A stretch of DNA of 64,000 nt from Bugula neritina (taxonomy: Eukaryota; Animalia; Bryozoa), in contig OZ037772.1 in the NCBI GenBank assembly GCA_964035545.1, forward strand, positions 7,982,889-8,046,888, written 5' to 3'. A program made the translations under genes and the position numbers. Positions within the stretch are counted from its first letter, which is position 1. Every line of letters begins with the position of its first letter. Below, piece by piece: positions 39,686 to 61,287 of the stretch. A model generated the notes under the pieces. That model was given only the letters and a program-made list of their open reading frames with translations, ran no database searches and was not told the DNA's origin.

Positions 39686-40054
39686 ACTTATCACTACATA
39701 CATGAAAATTAGCAACATGTTTTCTAATTTTGCTTGATTTTCTATGTTTTATCCTACCTAATTAATTTTTAGTAAATTCAAGTGTTACCTGAAGTTCAAA
39801 ACAAACAATAATAGCTTTGCTAAGTTTTATTACAAATGCTATAATTTTGAAGTCTATAAAATTGTCATGCACTGATAATTATTTTCAATAATTGAATTTT
39901 AGAACACCAATGAACAAATGGAATTTAAAAAATTAAATTTATGCAGAATTTTAAGTTTTAGGCTAAAAGCTATTTAAAATAGTTGCTTAAAAAATTTAGA
40001 TTTTTTAATTTGTAAAAACATAAAGAGCTTTAGTAAAATAGAAAAATAATTGTC

Positions 40055-43000
40055 ATGAAAATGACCGAATACGTTTGCATAGAAATTAATGTTTTTCTCT
40101 TGCAAATGCTAACATACATCTGTGTAAGTAATATCAGCTATAGCAGTAGCAGTAGCAGCAGTATCAGTAGTGGCAGTAGTAGCAGTAGTAGCAGCAGTAG
40201 TAGTAGCAGTAGTAGTTATAGTAGCAGTGGTAGTAGCAGTAGTAGTAGTACTAGTAGTATAGTAGCAGTAGTAGCAGCAGTAGTAGTAGCAGTAGTAGTT
40301 ATAGTAGCAGTTGTAGTAGTAGTAGCAGTAATATATTATATTCCTTAATTAACACATTTATGATACAAATAATAATTTAATAAGTGATCAATTAATATAA
40401 TATAGACATAACTCACTTTTTTTTCTAACCAAAGAATAAGAGGCAAAACTTTTTGGTGCAGTGTATTGCCAAACAACATTTAGTTGATATTAAATCACAG
40501 TTTGGTAATAAGCCCAATAAAAGTCATGTATTTTATCTTTATTAAAGTACTATAATTGAATTATCATTTCATGTTATATTCTTAGTTTGCTAGATACTAT
40601 ATTATTTATTTGCTTGCTGTGAACTTATTGCAATGTTTAATGAGAAAAAAGCAAATTTACTTGAAAATATAAAAGACATCAGAGATGCATATAGTGTGAG
40701 AAATTATTCACTATTATTGGTATTGTTATCTTTTATTAACATGTATTTACTGTAGATCTTTATCAGCTCTATTAAAGGAGAAGATAAACCAATTTATAAA
40801 AAGAAGGTGCAAGGGTAAGCCACTTTTTCTACTCGTCTTACGATCCTGAATAACTGAGAGAGTATAACAAACAGTTGTAAACTGTAGAATTTTGTTTATG
40901 CCGCAGGTGTTGCAATTAAATTTAAAACTTTATTAATTTTATTTTTCTTTTATAATGAGTGACTTGAAGATTTTAGTAATAACTAGTTTGATATATATAG
41001 TAAAAATATAGATCAAAGGGAGCAGTCATGGCCTATAGGTTGATTTAATAACATAGCAAACACAAGGTCATCGGCTATCGGTAATGAAAGGGCATTTAAT
41101 TGGTCATATTTGCCTTAATGTCTAAATAGGGAAAATACTTCTATAGTCAACTTTAAACAACATTTCCATTAGGAGCTTTTGTAGGAATGGAGACGCGATT
41201 GAGTAAAATACAGATGAGAACAATTATCAGTCGTGAATTACAACTGTGATTTTAATACATCCTTCTAACAGCACATTCACAAGCATTGTGCTATCTTTCT
41301 TAAACATTAAAACCCAATGCAAACTTATAGGCCCCAAAAGAACTTCTTGATAAAAAAGTTCTATTAATCCTAAACATATAAGAGTGTATTAGGTTGATAT
41401 AAAACTTTCGCAAGTTTATAGTAACCATCTCTGTGAGAAGCCTCTGATGAAAAGTGTTTTTGTTGAAATCAGTCTAAGAGCTTTTTCATACCTGGAACCG
41501 AAGCAATTATGACTGTATGCTGTTCTTAGAATCACCAATGGTCTTTGACGGGGCTCAAACCCATGACCTTCGTGTTTACTAGGCAAATGCTCTAACCCCT
41601 AGATCACGGCTGCTCTCTATTAATATTGGGTACTATATACTGCATAACATTTAAATCAGCTACATATCAACAAATACATAGTTATGCTCTAGTTCCACAT
41701 TTTTATGATGCACAAAAGGAACTTCAACTGGTTTGCTAAGCTAAGAACTCTGTAAGTATTTTGTATTACTAATCATAAAATGTTTTACTGTAATTATAGA
41801 GTAAACTTTCTGTATATGGATCTTATTTATTACCAAAGAAAACACTCCAAGTCTTTATTATTCACTTCCATCACAAGAGATCCACATATCCCAGGCAATT
41901 ATCTGGTCACCACTACATGTGCACTCTACACTTTCAACCCAATGATGCCGAATAAAATTGAGCATATCTCAGGAGTCGAAGGTGAATGTGGCTACGAGGT
42001 TGGCGCAAAATCAAAATACAACCAGCCAATAGGAATTACCCAGTCTCCTGACAATCCTGATCATATCTGGCTGGCTGATAGCTGGAACTATTGTCTGCGA
42101 ATATTTGATCGTAAGGAAAAGAAGTCAAAAAAGCTCATGACGTTTTGTAGGGGTAAAGGAAACGTTGATGGTAGTATTCTTGGTGCCAGGGTGGGAATAA
42201 TTCGATTCCTCGAAAAAAGGTACGCTAATTGCCAAGAGCGGAGTTGTCAAGAGTTCTACATGTATGATGTTGATAGCCGCATGATAAAAAAGCTTATCAT
42301 TGCAATCCAAAAAAACAAGAATGAATATTGGAAGATAGTTACATTTTATGAAGCTGGCCACAGCGTAGGAGGGATAAAATTTGATTTCACTGGATCATAC
42401 ATCTACATATCCTATAAAAACAGAATCAGTAAAACAGATATGAAGACATTGAATTATACTTGGCTCATCAACACCTGGCACGGTGGATACACCGATGGAG
42501 ACTTCAGTTCTGGAAGGACTTCTGATCTCAAGCACATCGCTTTGATATCAAATGATTTACTTATCGTTGCGGATCATTCGAATCTGGTCCTCAGAGTTTT
42601 GGACCTTCCAAACAAGTATGTCACGTCAATTTGCATACCGCAAGAGGAGAATTACATCTTTACAAAAAATGGAAGAGTGGATAACTGTTTCCTTGACTAC
42701 CCGCTGGGTGTATACACGGATCCTAATTATGAGCTAGCTCTCTATATCTTCACAAGTTATCACATTCTCCAGATGAAGTACACAAGTAGGTTTTCTTATT
42801 TTGTCCGCACGTGTGTTCGTGTGTGTTGTGCGTGGTCGTGTGTGCTTTGTTTTATTTTGTTATCACACCAATTACTTTTGTTGCACACTAATTTATAAAA
42901 AGCAATATAAGAGTTCCCCGTGGCATGTCTCATTAACAAATAACACAAACTACCAAAGACATGTATTATTAGTTCAACAGTTTTGAGAGAACAGATTTGA

Positions 43001-45309
43001 AATAATGCTTTATAACAAAGCTAAATTATTACATTGCAGAAAATAGAATATCATTTATATTTAAATAATGTACATATTTTATGCAATGGCTTCAACCTCA
43101 TTTAGTTTGCTTGAGGAGCTCAATGAAGTAGGATTGCTTCTCTAGCATCGACTAATTTTAATTGTATTTGGCTTCTTTGTATGCCAGTAATATACTAATA
43201 GATGCTGATTGCACTGCTACTACTTTACAAGTCTATTGATTCTTTTGCTTGAACAGCTCATTGCAATTTTGCACACGTGCTTACAAAAAAACTTTCGCTA
43301 TTTTTACTTTTTACAATGCTGATGGAATTTTACAAAAAATTTTTTCAGGTTTTAATAATCTTGTATTTAATAGCAGCACTATTAATTTATAAATCACAAG
43401 TTAATGAAAACTAGTATCTACATATTTGTCTGACTTTTAGAGCCACCCCCAATTACAACAACTCCAACAACCACCCCAACCACAACACCCACAACCACAA
43501 CAACCACAACCACAACACCTACAACTACAACAACTACAACCACAAAGCGTACTACTACAACAACCACAACAACCACAACTACCACTACGACTACACCAAA
43601 ACCTACGACTACAAAGCGTACAACTACCAAACGTACAACAAAACCGACTTCTCCTTCTACCAAAGCCAAAACATCAACGAAAGATAAAATTGTAAAGCCT
43701 ACTCAATCCAGTCCTTTTTATTCTGAAACGACAGAAATATTTGGAAACAGGACGGATAATTCCAACACGACTGATCCAGTGGTTGGCCCAAACATTTTTG
43801 AGAAAGTGGCGACATTCTTGGGATTCTCGTTAAAAAAAGATTCATATTTATACGCAGCAATTGGTGGGGCGTGTCTCTTAACCTTCGGAGTAATTGCTTT
43901 CATTATACATAGATCCAACAGTAAGTCTTTCGTTTCATAAAACTTCTGTGTAGCATGGCCTGTCCACGATTAACTTTCTTCGTGTTTCCTCACAGAAGCT
44001 TATAGCAGCTACATCTCTGTGAGAACCCTCTAACAAAAAGGGTTTTTTAAAGCGGGCTAGGTACTTATTCATATGTGTCACTGGTGTGGTTATGACTGAA
44101 TGTTTTTCCAAACATCACCAATGACCTTTACTGAGATTTGAACACATGACTTTGTGTTCACTACGCCAACACTTTAGACTATGACCTCACTCACTACATC
44201 AAGTTCAAATCAGTATTTTTTTTTGATCAGTGTATAAAATTGGCAGTTGAAGCAATTGCTTAAGCTTGTAATTGTTTGGACAATTGTATTTGGTCAACAG
44301 GGCATCATAATTTACCATTATTTTGATGCAGGCGGTCGAAGTCGGAGACTTTTATACAGACCTCATCCAGGAAGTATCAGATCCTATGGAATCAGACCAG
44401 GTAACCACCCTTTGCTATGTTGAGGGTGCTACGAACCTTCCGGAAATAAACCTTATTGTGTTTGATCTTAGAACACAAGTTTTCCTGTAGCTTCTAGTCA
44501 TTTTTTCCAACAGATTAGCTGAATTTTGGTGAAAAGTTTCAGATTTTTGTACAAGTACTTGCGGCAACACCTGATGCAATAACACTTATGATTTATGATT
44601 TATAACTTATGGCTTTTGACTTATAACTTATGATTTACGCCCTATGACCTATTCCTTATGACTTATGACCTATAATTTATAACCTTTGACTTATGACCTC
44701 TGACTTATCACTTATGACCTATGACCTTTGACCTATGACCTCTGACTTATCACCTATGACTTATGATTCACGCCCTATGACCTATTTTTTATGACTTATG
44801 ACCTATAATTTATAACCTTTGGCTTATGACCTCTGACCTATGATCTATGACTTAAGACTCATGTGTATACTATAAAGAATCGCTAGTTTTTATACACACT
44901 CAATGGGGTTTCAGGTTTAAAATGAGTCATCCAATAAAATTATAGTATATGTGAGTCATTTCTGACGAATGATCTTTAAATGATCGACAATAAGAGCTCA
45001 GCAGCCACTTTATATAAACTTTAAAGCTCTCATCCCTGCTTCATTATCCTGTATAAAGATTTTTCTCAATCAATGAATCCTGCCTTACACTACTTTTTTA
45101 ACAAACTAGAGAGAATAACAAACGCTTATACAAAACTTTATCGCCAATTATATTTAGGAGATTTTGATTTGTTTGCGTTTCATCAACTTTAACCTTGGTA
45201 CAAAAAGTTTGTTTAATTTTTTAACTTTTTAGATGTACGTAGTTTGACAAGTCGTTCCTCATCAAAGTCAAGCAGATCTCGTAAATCTAGAAAGAAGTCT
45301 CGGAGGTAG
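40055..45309 (+). CDS. Type-I membrane protein: signal peptide, NHL-like beta-propeller, Thr-rich mucin stalk, TM helix, Arg/Ser/Lys-rich cytoplasmic tail
   Basis: join 40055-40123, 40756-40814, 41800-42785, 43441-43920, 44332-44400, 45233-45309. NHL motifs YNQPIGI..IWLADSWNYCLRIFD and LIVADHSNLVLRVLD; TM YLYAAIGGACLLTFGVIAFII. The first two exons are less certain. Confidence 0.8.
40138..40330. repeat. (AGT/AGC)n trinucleotide repeat
   Basis: Direct observation. Confidence 0.9.
41405..41617 (-). mobile_element. SINE family 2 copy
   Basis: Reverse-complement match to the family consensus. Confidence 0.8.
43995..44190 (-). mobile_element. SINE family 2 copy (degenerate)
   Basis: Reverse-complement match to the family consensus. 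Confidence 0.65.
44585..44860. repeat. 7-bp tandem repeat (TATGACY)n
   Basis: Direct observation. Confidence 0.88.
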
Positions 45310-46689
45310 GAGGTAGGTTTAGAAACCATTTTGAATGTAACTATGATATACATTGTGTAGGTCATAATCTTTGAATCTTTAAAGATTTGCTCTTTTTTAT
45401 CTCATCACACTCTAATAATAGTTTCATCCTTTTGATTTTCTGTAATCACAAAAGTAAATAATTAACTACAAAAGTTTAAATTATATTTCCTAATGCTGTC
45501 AAGCACCAGCATGAAATTTTTATTATGAAAAGTTGCATCTTAATATAATGAAAAAAAGAGCTAAAAAAAAACATTCCTTCTTAGATCTACCAACTCTCCT
45601 GTATATTTATTTGTAGAAGTATATTGTACCTATACATGTGCTCCACATGGCTGCTTTTCCAGACACGGTCACATGATCATCTGCAAATCATTAGCCATTC
45701 TATTGGCTTTTAGGCATGAGTCATACAAGCTTATAAATAACATGAGAAGACTTATTAAACTAATGATTGTATTGACTAGTTGACAGCCAATCAAGTTTGA
45801 GTATACCAGAAGTGTGCAAATCGTCTGGTAGCATACTCAATAGACAATTTTTATAGAAAGTGTATTATAGTTTGCAGTTATACTTTTTTTAAAAAATAAT
45901 CACTAATTACTAGAATTTTGTAGATGAGAGATGTTGACCTGTTGGTAAAAAACTCGAATAAACACTTATGCAACTGACTTTGTAAATATTTGACATTAAC
46001 ACTAGCGCTAGTTTACCTGTATTTACCTGAGCACTGTTACTCCAAGAGATGCCATTTTTTGAACATTTCACCATTATGAAAACTGCCTGTACTTTTTGTG
46101 ATGTTTTGGCACCTTTTCATTTCCATATATAATTTGTTTATTCATCTGATGTTTGTCCAATTCATTTCAAATAAAACAATTTATTTCCCCAAGATGTTCT
46201 TATACGTCATCTAAAAAATATTTGTTGTGCATAAGTTGTGAAAATGTATTTTAAAAATGCAATTCTCTGTTATCCATCGCTTTAACATATTAAATTTCTG
46301 TCATGTCATAAACTTGTAATTTTATATTTTATGATTTTGAACACTACAAATAAAATCTTAAAGTGAAACATACATAAAACAGTTTCTTGTTGGTGTATTA
46401 TAATTATGTTAACGATATTTTTCTTCGAGTTTAAAAATTCATGGAAATGATTTTCTATATATTCAGTTGTCTGTTATTTAGAAATTATTTTATTTCCATT
46501 TAAAGTAGCAGATGTGTAGTAACTTAATGATGCTCCTACCTAACCTAAATCTTACAGCACGTTCTCATTCCATGAATCAACTTATAGTATTTTTGAATAA
46601 AATATTTACAATGTTTATCAAATATTTCAAATTGTTGGAAAATGGTTTTACTTGAAATTTTTTAACAAAATAAGTAAAAGCAGCTCATA

Positions 46690-49600
46690 ATGGCCGAGGC
46701 AGGTCCTCTACCTAACATTTTTATGGGGCGTCCCATCCCTGTCGCACACTCCCTGTTTGCTGATGTAAGAGTCACAAGTAGGGATGCTTTGTGTTCCCTT
46801 CTTCGACCCATGGATCTCCTCAGGAGTTATGTTATCTCTTGGTATAAATTAATCCTCCTATATTTATGTAGCTTGTTGACATCTAATATGTTGTGCCTCA
46901 AGGCATCCACTGTAATATTTTATATATTAGTATTGTGTCATTAGTTGATATTCTGGAGCTTTCTACTGTAATATTTTTTATATTAGTATTGTGTCAATGG
47001 TTGGTGTCTAAAATTATATGCTTTAAGACCTCTACTGTAATAATCTTATGCTTATGTTCTAGCATTGTGCAATTAGTTGATGCCCAAGATGATGTGCCTC
47101 AAGGCATTCACTGTAATATTCCTATATATTAGTAATCTGTAACTCTTTGATGTCTAAGATAATATTACTTGAAGCATCCATTTTAATATTTTTATATACT
47201 AGCATTATTATATAACCTGGTGATAGAACTTGAGACATCCGCTGTAACATGTCTATATTATGTTTGATGCATCCACTGTAATATTTTATATATTAGGATT
47301 GTGCATCTCTTTTATATCTAATATGATATGACTCCAGACATTCACTGTAATATGTCAATATTCTTATACAACCTGTTGATAAACCTTAAGACATCCACTG
47401 TAATATTTATATATGTATTGGTATTATAAAATCTGTTGACATTGGACTCAAGGTCATATTCAGTATATCCTAACATGTGTTTGTGTAGCATTAAGCCGGA
47501 TGATAAAGTAAAGTTCAAAAAGTTTAAATACTTAGTTACCATGAGACACAAACATGATGACAGGTTTCTGGGAGTTTTGTTTCAAGACTACAGTAAGTTG
47601 ACTGTAATGATATTATATTCTAATACTATATTGTAATAATATATTGCAGTAATATAATCTAGTATTACATTGTAACAATATATTGTAATAATATATTGCA
47701 GTAATGCATTGTAGCAATATATTGTATTATTATATTGTAGTAATATATGGTACTGATGTATTGCAATAATCTAATGTAATAATACAATGTGACGATATGA
47801 TATAATAATTTATTGCAGTGGTATAATGTAATAATATCTTGCAATAGTAACAATATGTGATAATTTGTTGTAGCAATGTAATGTAACAATAAATTGTAAT
47901 AAAATCATTTATTACTAAAATAATCTGACTGATTTAATAATACAGCATAATGACCATATAATGCAATAATAAAATGTGCTTATACAATGCTGTAATATAT
48001 ATTGACAAAATATCAAACAAATTATGACATTATATTATTACTACAGTGTAGGAGCACACTGGCATGTGAAAATTTACTTCCAGCTATTTAGCTGATTTAT
48101 ATTGATGTGTCAACCACTATTTTAGCAACTGTAGAAACTGTTCGCTCACCTGAGCCATTAGCAAATGGCTGCATGTTTTGCAACCATCACACAAGCTATA
48201 TGCAGAGTTTAAACTTAGCAATATTTAAGTAACTCAACAGCACATTATGTAAATAATAATACCTTGTAATTGTTTTGTGATTTTAGGGAGAAAAATTATG
48301 ATGACTGATCAATGGGCTCGAACGTTAGACTATTTAGAGAGATTTGTCTTTCCATACCTTGAGAAGGTTGAGCACAGTGCAGCGTGCTTTGCAGCTATGT
48401 TACATGGTTTATTCTGTCCACAGCGAGAGTGTTTGGCTAACAGTGACAGAACTATGATGGTGAGTTTTGTAGTGTTGATATCACCCAGTAGTCTCTGTAG
48501 TGCAACGATTAGCACACTTGCTTGCAAGCTGGAGGTGTCGGGTTTGAATCCTAGTGGGGGCAATTATTTTATAAACTAATTTAGCCTTTAGTGAAGAGCA
48601 GTACTAGTAGTAGTAGCAGTAGTACTCCGAAGGAGTTGAGAGGCCGGGATTTACCAGAAGATTAAAGAAGTAGTAGAATGGCCAAAAGAGTGAAAGTGAA
48701 ATATAGTGTTGAATTTACCAAATAGCCACTGTGGTGTAACGGTTAGCTTACCTGTTTGCAAGCCGTAGGTCTGTGGTTCAAATACCGGTGCAGGCAAATA
48801 TTTTCAGAGCTATTTCAGCCTTCAGTAGAATGTAGTGTTGGTACTTTTAAAGAGTTGAGAAGCCAGAAATGGCTGAAGACTGCAGGAAGGAGTTTTAGAG
48901 AACTGAGTGGAATGTCGTGCTAAGATTACGTAATGATAAAAAATATTCTATAAGCTCTATCAATAGAATATTCCAATTGGTTGTGAATCTTATTACTATC
49001 TAGTAGGTGTTTGATTTTACATTTAACAGGTGATCTTAGTATGTGGTCATCTGGTGGGGAAGGTATTTGCTATGGAAAGGCCTTGTTACAGACTTGCTAT
49101 ACACTATATGCAGGCAACGGAAATGGTTCTAAATGATAAACGAAGAATTCGACATAGTGATCTCTTTAACCACATGGTAGTATACTAGCACAATACCAAT
49201 ACATTCAACAGTAAAAAATTTTATTCTTAAACATATAGTGAATTGGTGAACGGCAATTAGGGTTCGACAATGGAATGATATTTACTTTCAGATCTCTTGG
49301 CTCAAAGACTATGACACTCTGATAGATCCTTGCAGGAAGTGTGATCTAGTATCTGAAGACATGATTCTCAAAACACTTCCAGTTCTGGGTGGCTTTCAAT
49401 GTCTACCACCAAACTTCCAAGTTGTTTGCAACTTAAATGTAATAGAAGCTGCAGCACTAAAACTGGCCATTCCGTTTATAGAGAAGAGTGAGAAGGTCGC
49501 CAACTGGTTGCACCAATTGTATTGCTCTCTTCCAACCCACCCAGAAGAGGAAAAACCTCTGTCTACACACTTTGAGAATCTAAAACCACTGTTTCTTTCA

Positions 49601-52565
49601 ATTCATCCAGGGACTGAAATGAGCCCTTTACTGGGTAATAAGTCTAAAACTAAAACGATAATCTGGCCAACGTTTCAAGCTGAACCATCAAGCCAAGCCG
49701 AACCATCAACTCAAGCTGGACCATCAACTCAAGTTGGGCCACCATGCCAAGCTGGACCATCATGCCAAGCCGGGCCATCAACTCAAGCTGGGCCAGCAAA
49801 CCAAGCCGGACCATCATATCAGGCTGGCCAATCAAGTCAAGCTGGGACACCAAGCCAACTTAAATCGCGCTCTGCAGCTATAAAGGCTGCTTCTACTCCT
49901 CATGGAAGTGTCATAGTATCTTACATGTTTTTTGGGTAGGGATTTGTAATATACTAAAAATTAGTTTGTAAGCAAAAACTCCAAAATGTATTTCCTAGTA
50001 TAAGCTTGCTTTATTCCTAATACCACGAATAGCTATAGTTTTTTCAGTTTCACTCTTGTGCGATACCATCTTATTGCTTTGATTTCTCACACACTTTGAG
50101 CAACCAGGTTTCCAGTTTTGACTCAGACTTAAATCAACTTTCTAACTAAAACTGTATTTATGCTCAGTCTATGGTTATTTAAACTTTTGCCTGTTCATCA
50201 ATCAGAAACAGGGTTTTACTTGCTGATCAGTTTAATTTTGCTTTTGAGATATTTAATTGTACTTGAATTCCAGATAAATTGTTTTCAATGGTAATATATT
50301 GCAGAGTGCTTTTTAGCAAATTAAATGAGAATTCAACATGTTCTGTAGATTATCCAAAAAGCTCAAAGATCAGTTTACAGAATACGTCAGATATATAGAT
50401 TGTTCCAAATCCATGATGAGTTTCAACTTGCGAGCCCACGGTAAAACATTAGTCAGCATTATTCACTTATTATGCGTTATGTTTCTGCTTTTTAATGCAA
50501 CTGCCTATGTTTTGAAGCCTTTGTGAGGTCGAGTTCATGAAATAATGACCGGTAAAACAATCTTGGTTTTTTATTGACAAAACATGATTATCCAAACGAC
50601 CACTTGCTAACAATCACTTTTGTTCATAGAAAAACCCTATTTTTCAATTTAACTAAATTTGAAGATTTGAATAGTATTAGTTATATTTCAAAATTCTCAC
50701 TAAATAATTTTTAAGGGCCCGCTGAGTTTGTAAATCAATTTTGACTTTTTGGCTCGTAAATAGAATAACTCACGCAGGTTTATAGTCACCATTCCTGTGA
50801 GAAAAGTGAGAAAACTTATAATGGAGAGGGTGTTTTGCTAAATTGGGCTAAAAACTTATTCAAATGAGGCACAGGAGCAATTATGACTAGATACTTTTTC
50901 TGACATCACTAATGGCCTTTGTCGGGTTCAAACCCATGACTTCGTGTTTACTAAGCAAGCGTTTTAACCCCTAAACCAAGGTTGCCAAATAGTGGTTCTG
51001 CTTTTCTCTTTGACCAATTTCTTGTCTATTTTGAAAGCTTAAACATCCTATAACATGTTTAGAAATTGAATATTTTTTCACTAGAACGTTTGTTCTGTAG
51101 GAACTAGAATAAGCAATACTGATGATTACAAAGCGCTAAAACAGGTGATGATAGATCAGCTCAACAGATCTTTGAATCCTGAAGAGACGTTTTTGGACGT
51201 TGTAAAGAAATACATCTTGATACCTGACAGCGTCTTAGAGTTGGATCGGCTGGTTTGCGTTAGTACTTATTACTTACCAATTAGTACTTCCTGATTAGTA
51301 CTGAACTTCCTATTCAGCACTTTCTGTTTTCTACCTCATGTTTAGTTTTCATATTGACTACTATTTAAATTTTCATTTTTTTCTTCGGCATATGTGTGGA
51401 ATCAAATATCGTAAACTACTATATGACCTAAACAACTTCTTTTTTCTGATACGTTTTTCCCATGTTTCATTCACATGTTTTCATGCTGGTTAATACATGG
51501 ATCTTTTTTTCTTGGCCAAAAAGGCACATTTTAGAAACTAGATTTTGTCAACTTTTTGATTAAGCTTTAGAATATTAGCTCTAAGAAAAACAGTATTCAC
51601 AATATGGTTATGTCTAGGATGTTTTTATTTTTAGGCTCTACAACTCGCCAAAGACGTTTTTGCATTAAGTTTGGCTAATGACTTAGGTTGCCAGTATTCT
51701 GCAAACTTTCTGATAGCAGCTCTAAAATTCCTCAGCCTGGATCCATTTTGGCCTATTGCAGTTAATGGAATTTGGGTTTGTATAAAGTAGCTGTTGATTT
51801 ACTATACGTATGATCATCCTTATAATGTCTATCAAAACTATTACCCAGATACCTACTGCTGTTGCTGAAACTACTCGTGTGGCTGATAATTTCTTTTTGG
51901 GTAACTGTTTAGTGAAGTGGTTAAACTGTTGTTCCCAGTTTTGTAAGCACAGACCATGATTTTATGCTTCACTGTGAAATGAACTCAATTATGTCAAAAA
52001 TTTATTTTAGCACACACTAAAGACATTTGGAGAAACTCTAGAAGGGAAAGCACCATACAACGTCTGCGAAACTACAGAACTGTATCGGGAACCAAGTCCA
52101 CCAAAGTCTTTAGACAGTTCGGAACCTGAAGAGACAGAAGACCGCTACGACCCTTTACTGTGCTCGCAGCCTAAAAAGATGAAAGTCCATGAAGATCCAT
52201 GTCGCTTGCCAAAATGTGCCCCACACCAATATCAACAGAAAGTGAAGAGCGCAGAGCCGAAATGTCCTCCACCCCAATATCAACGAAAAGCTAAGAGCCC
52301 AGAGCCGAAATGTACGCCACACCAATATCAACAGAAAGCAAAGAGCCCAGAACCAAAATGTACACCAGACCAATATCAACAGAAAGCGAAAAGCCCAGAG
52401 CCGAAATGTCCACGTAGTGAAGAACCACTTTTTTCCACTCAGTGTTTGCCACAATCTCATTGGGCGTCGTGTGATAACACACCATCCGGTTTCGATGCAA
52501 TTGGAACTTTAGATTCGCCGTTGGGCTCAGAATCAACTAATAGTGAGGAAGATTTCTACAACTAA
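46690..52565 (+). CDS. Gene E: tandem double Bcl-2-like-domain protein with QAGPS-repeat linker and 16-aa KSPEPKC repeats, ~721 aa
   Basis: join 46690-46841, 47489-47592, 48287-48459, 49030-49176, 49292-49935, 50349-50440, 51101-51258, 51635-51775, 52011-52565. MDLLRSYV; LFCP..NSDRTMM; NLRAHGTRI; ETFLDVVKKYILIPDSVLELDRLVC; VNGIW|. Confidence 0.82.
46870..47470. repeat. Degenerate ~50-65 bp minisatellite (CATCCACTGTAATATTT..TATATTAG)
   Basis: About 10 recurrences filling intron 1 of gene E. Confidence 0.7.
48481..48563 (+). mobile_element. tRNA-derived short repeat (family 1)
   Basis: TCACCCAGTAGTCTCTGTAGTGCAACGATTAGCAC..GGGTTTGAATCCTAGTGGGGGCA. Confidence 0.75.
48715..48798 (+). mobile_element. 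tRNA-derived short repeat (family 1)
   Basis: GCCACTGTGGTGTAACGGTTAGC..GGTTCAAATACCGGTGCAGGCA. Confidence 0.72.
50768..50985 (-). mobile_element. SINE family 2 copy
   Basis: Reverse-complement match to the family consensus. Confidence 0.8.
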
Positions 52566-53063
52566 GGATGAACCTAATATGCAATTCAGTTATTTACACA
52601 TTTAATTTATACACAACTCATATCATACAGCAAAAATATAGCTCTGGATAAAGTTACCTCAGTGAATGTTGGCTGGTTCTTTGGGCGTGTGACAAAATCT
52701 CAACTGAATGTTTAGATTGAACATACTACTTGATATTTGAAATTTTTATACACGCTGCAGCTGTAAATGAAACAGAATGCTTGTATGAAGTTTGAGAAAG
52801 CGAATTTCTTTGGATAGCCAAAACTTAAAAAATAGTGTTCCACATAAATAGGCTGCTCAAAGAACTGGCAGCTGGTTATTAGCAAATTCAAAACAAAATG
52901 GTGGCTATTACTTGTGTGTGGGAGTTATCATCTCATAAGGAAATAATATTGCATAAGGGAACAGCTATGGTCTAGTAGCTAGAGATCAGTAAACTCAAGT
53001 TCAGTAGTTTGACTCTTAGTAACAGTAACAGGTCATTGTCATATGCACTTAAGATTCTATATG

Positions 53064-53294
53064 TGCGGACTGTTACGAAAAAAACCGTAACAGTCCGCAA
53101 CCAAAACTAGCTGAATATTTAGGGAAAAACATGGGAAATGAAGCAAAATTAAAAAGAACTTTGATTATTCAGGTGTATTTATTGATGTTTTACTAGTTTT
53201 TGCCAAAAAAACATGTTCATTACCAGCTAAATTGTGAAAAGTAGCCAAAAGCTGAAGATATCCAGTGTGTACTAAATTAAGTAAAATGACCCAA
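53064..53294. mobile_element. Foldback MITE (centre + right arm) lying inside a split SINE family 2 copy
   Basis: TGCGGACTGTTACGAAAAAAACCGTAACAGTCCGCA hairpin through AAAATGACCCAA; SINE head at ~52957 and SINE 3' end at ~53295-53372. Confidence 0.78.
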
Positions 53295-53629
53295 GTCCAT
53301 AGCCTGACTTGAGCAAGCCTTTGCCATCAGAGGTTCTCACTGAGATGGTGACTATAAGGCGAGTACTTGAGTAATGCACACATCAACTTAGAAGGTTGAA
53401 CTTTTAACAACCTTAACTTCTGATGAGGTTGTTTCTATATATAGCAAACGCGGCTGAAAACTAAAATTCTGATTTTACCAAAATTGGAGCAACAGCTGCA
53501 CATTTTTTGCAAGCTTTCTCTTTTCCACATGTTTAATTTTGAAAATAGTTTAAATTGTGGCCTCAATTTCTAAAATTTTATTTTACTAACAATAAACAGA
53601 CGCAGGCAGTTGAAAAATTATTTAAAAAA

Positions 53630-61287
<7,658 letters not shown>

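Noticed and set aside
43418-43918. Minus-strand poly-Val and adjacent ORFs
   Set aside because: Antisense of the Thr-rich stalk/TM exon of the NHL gene.
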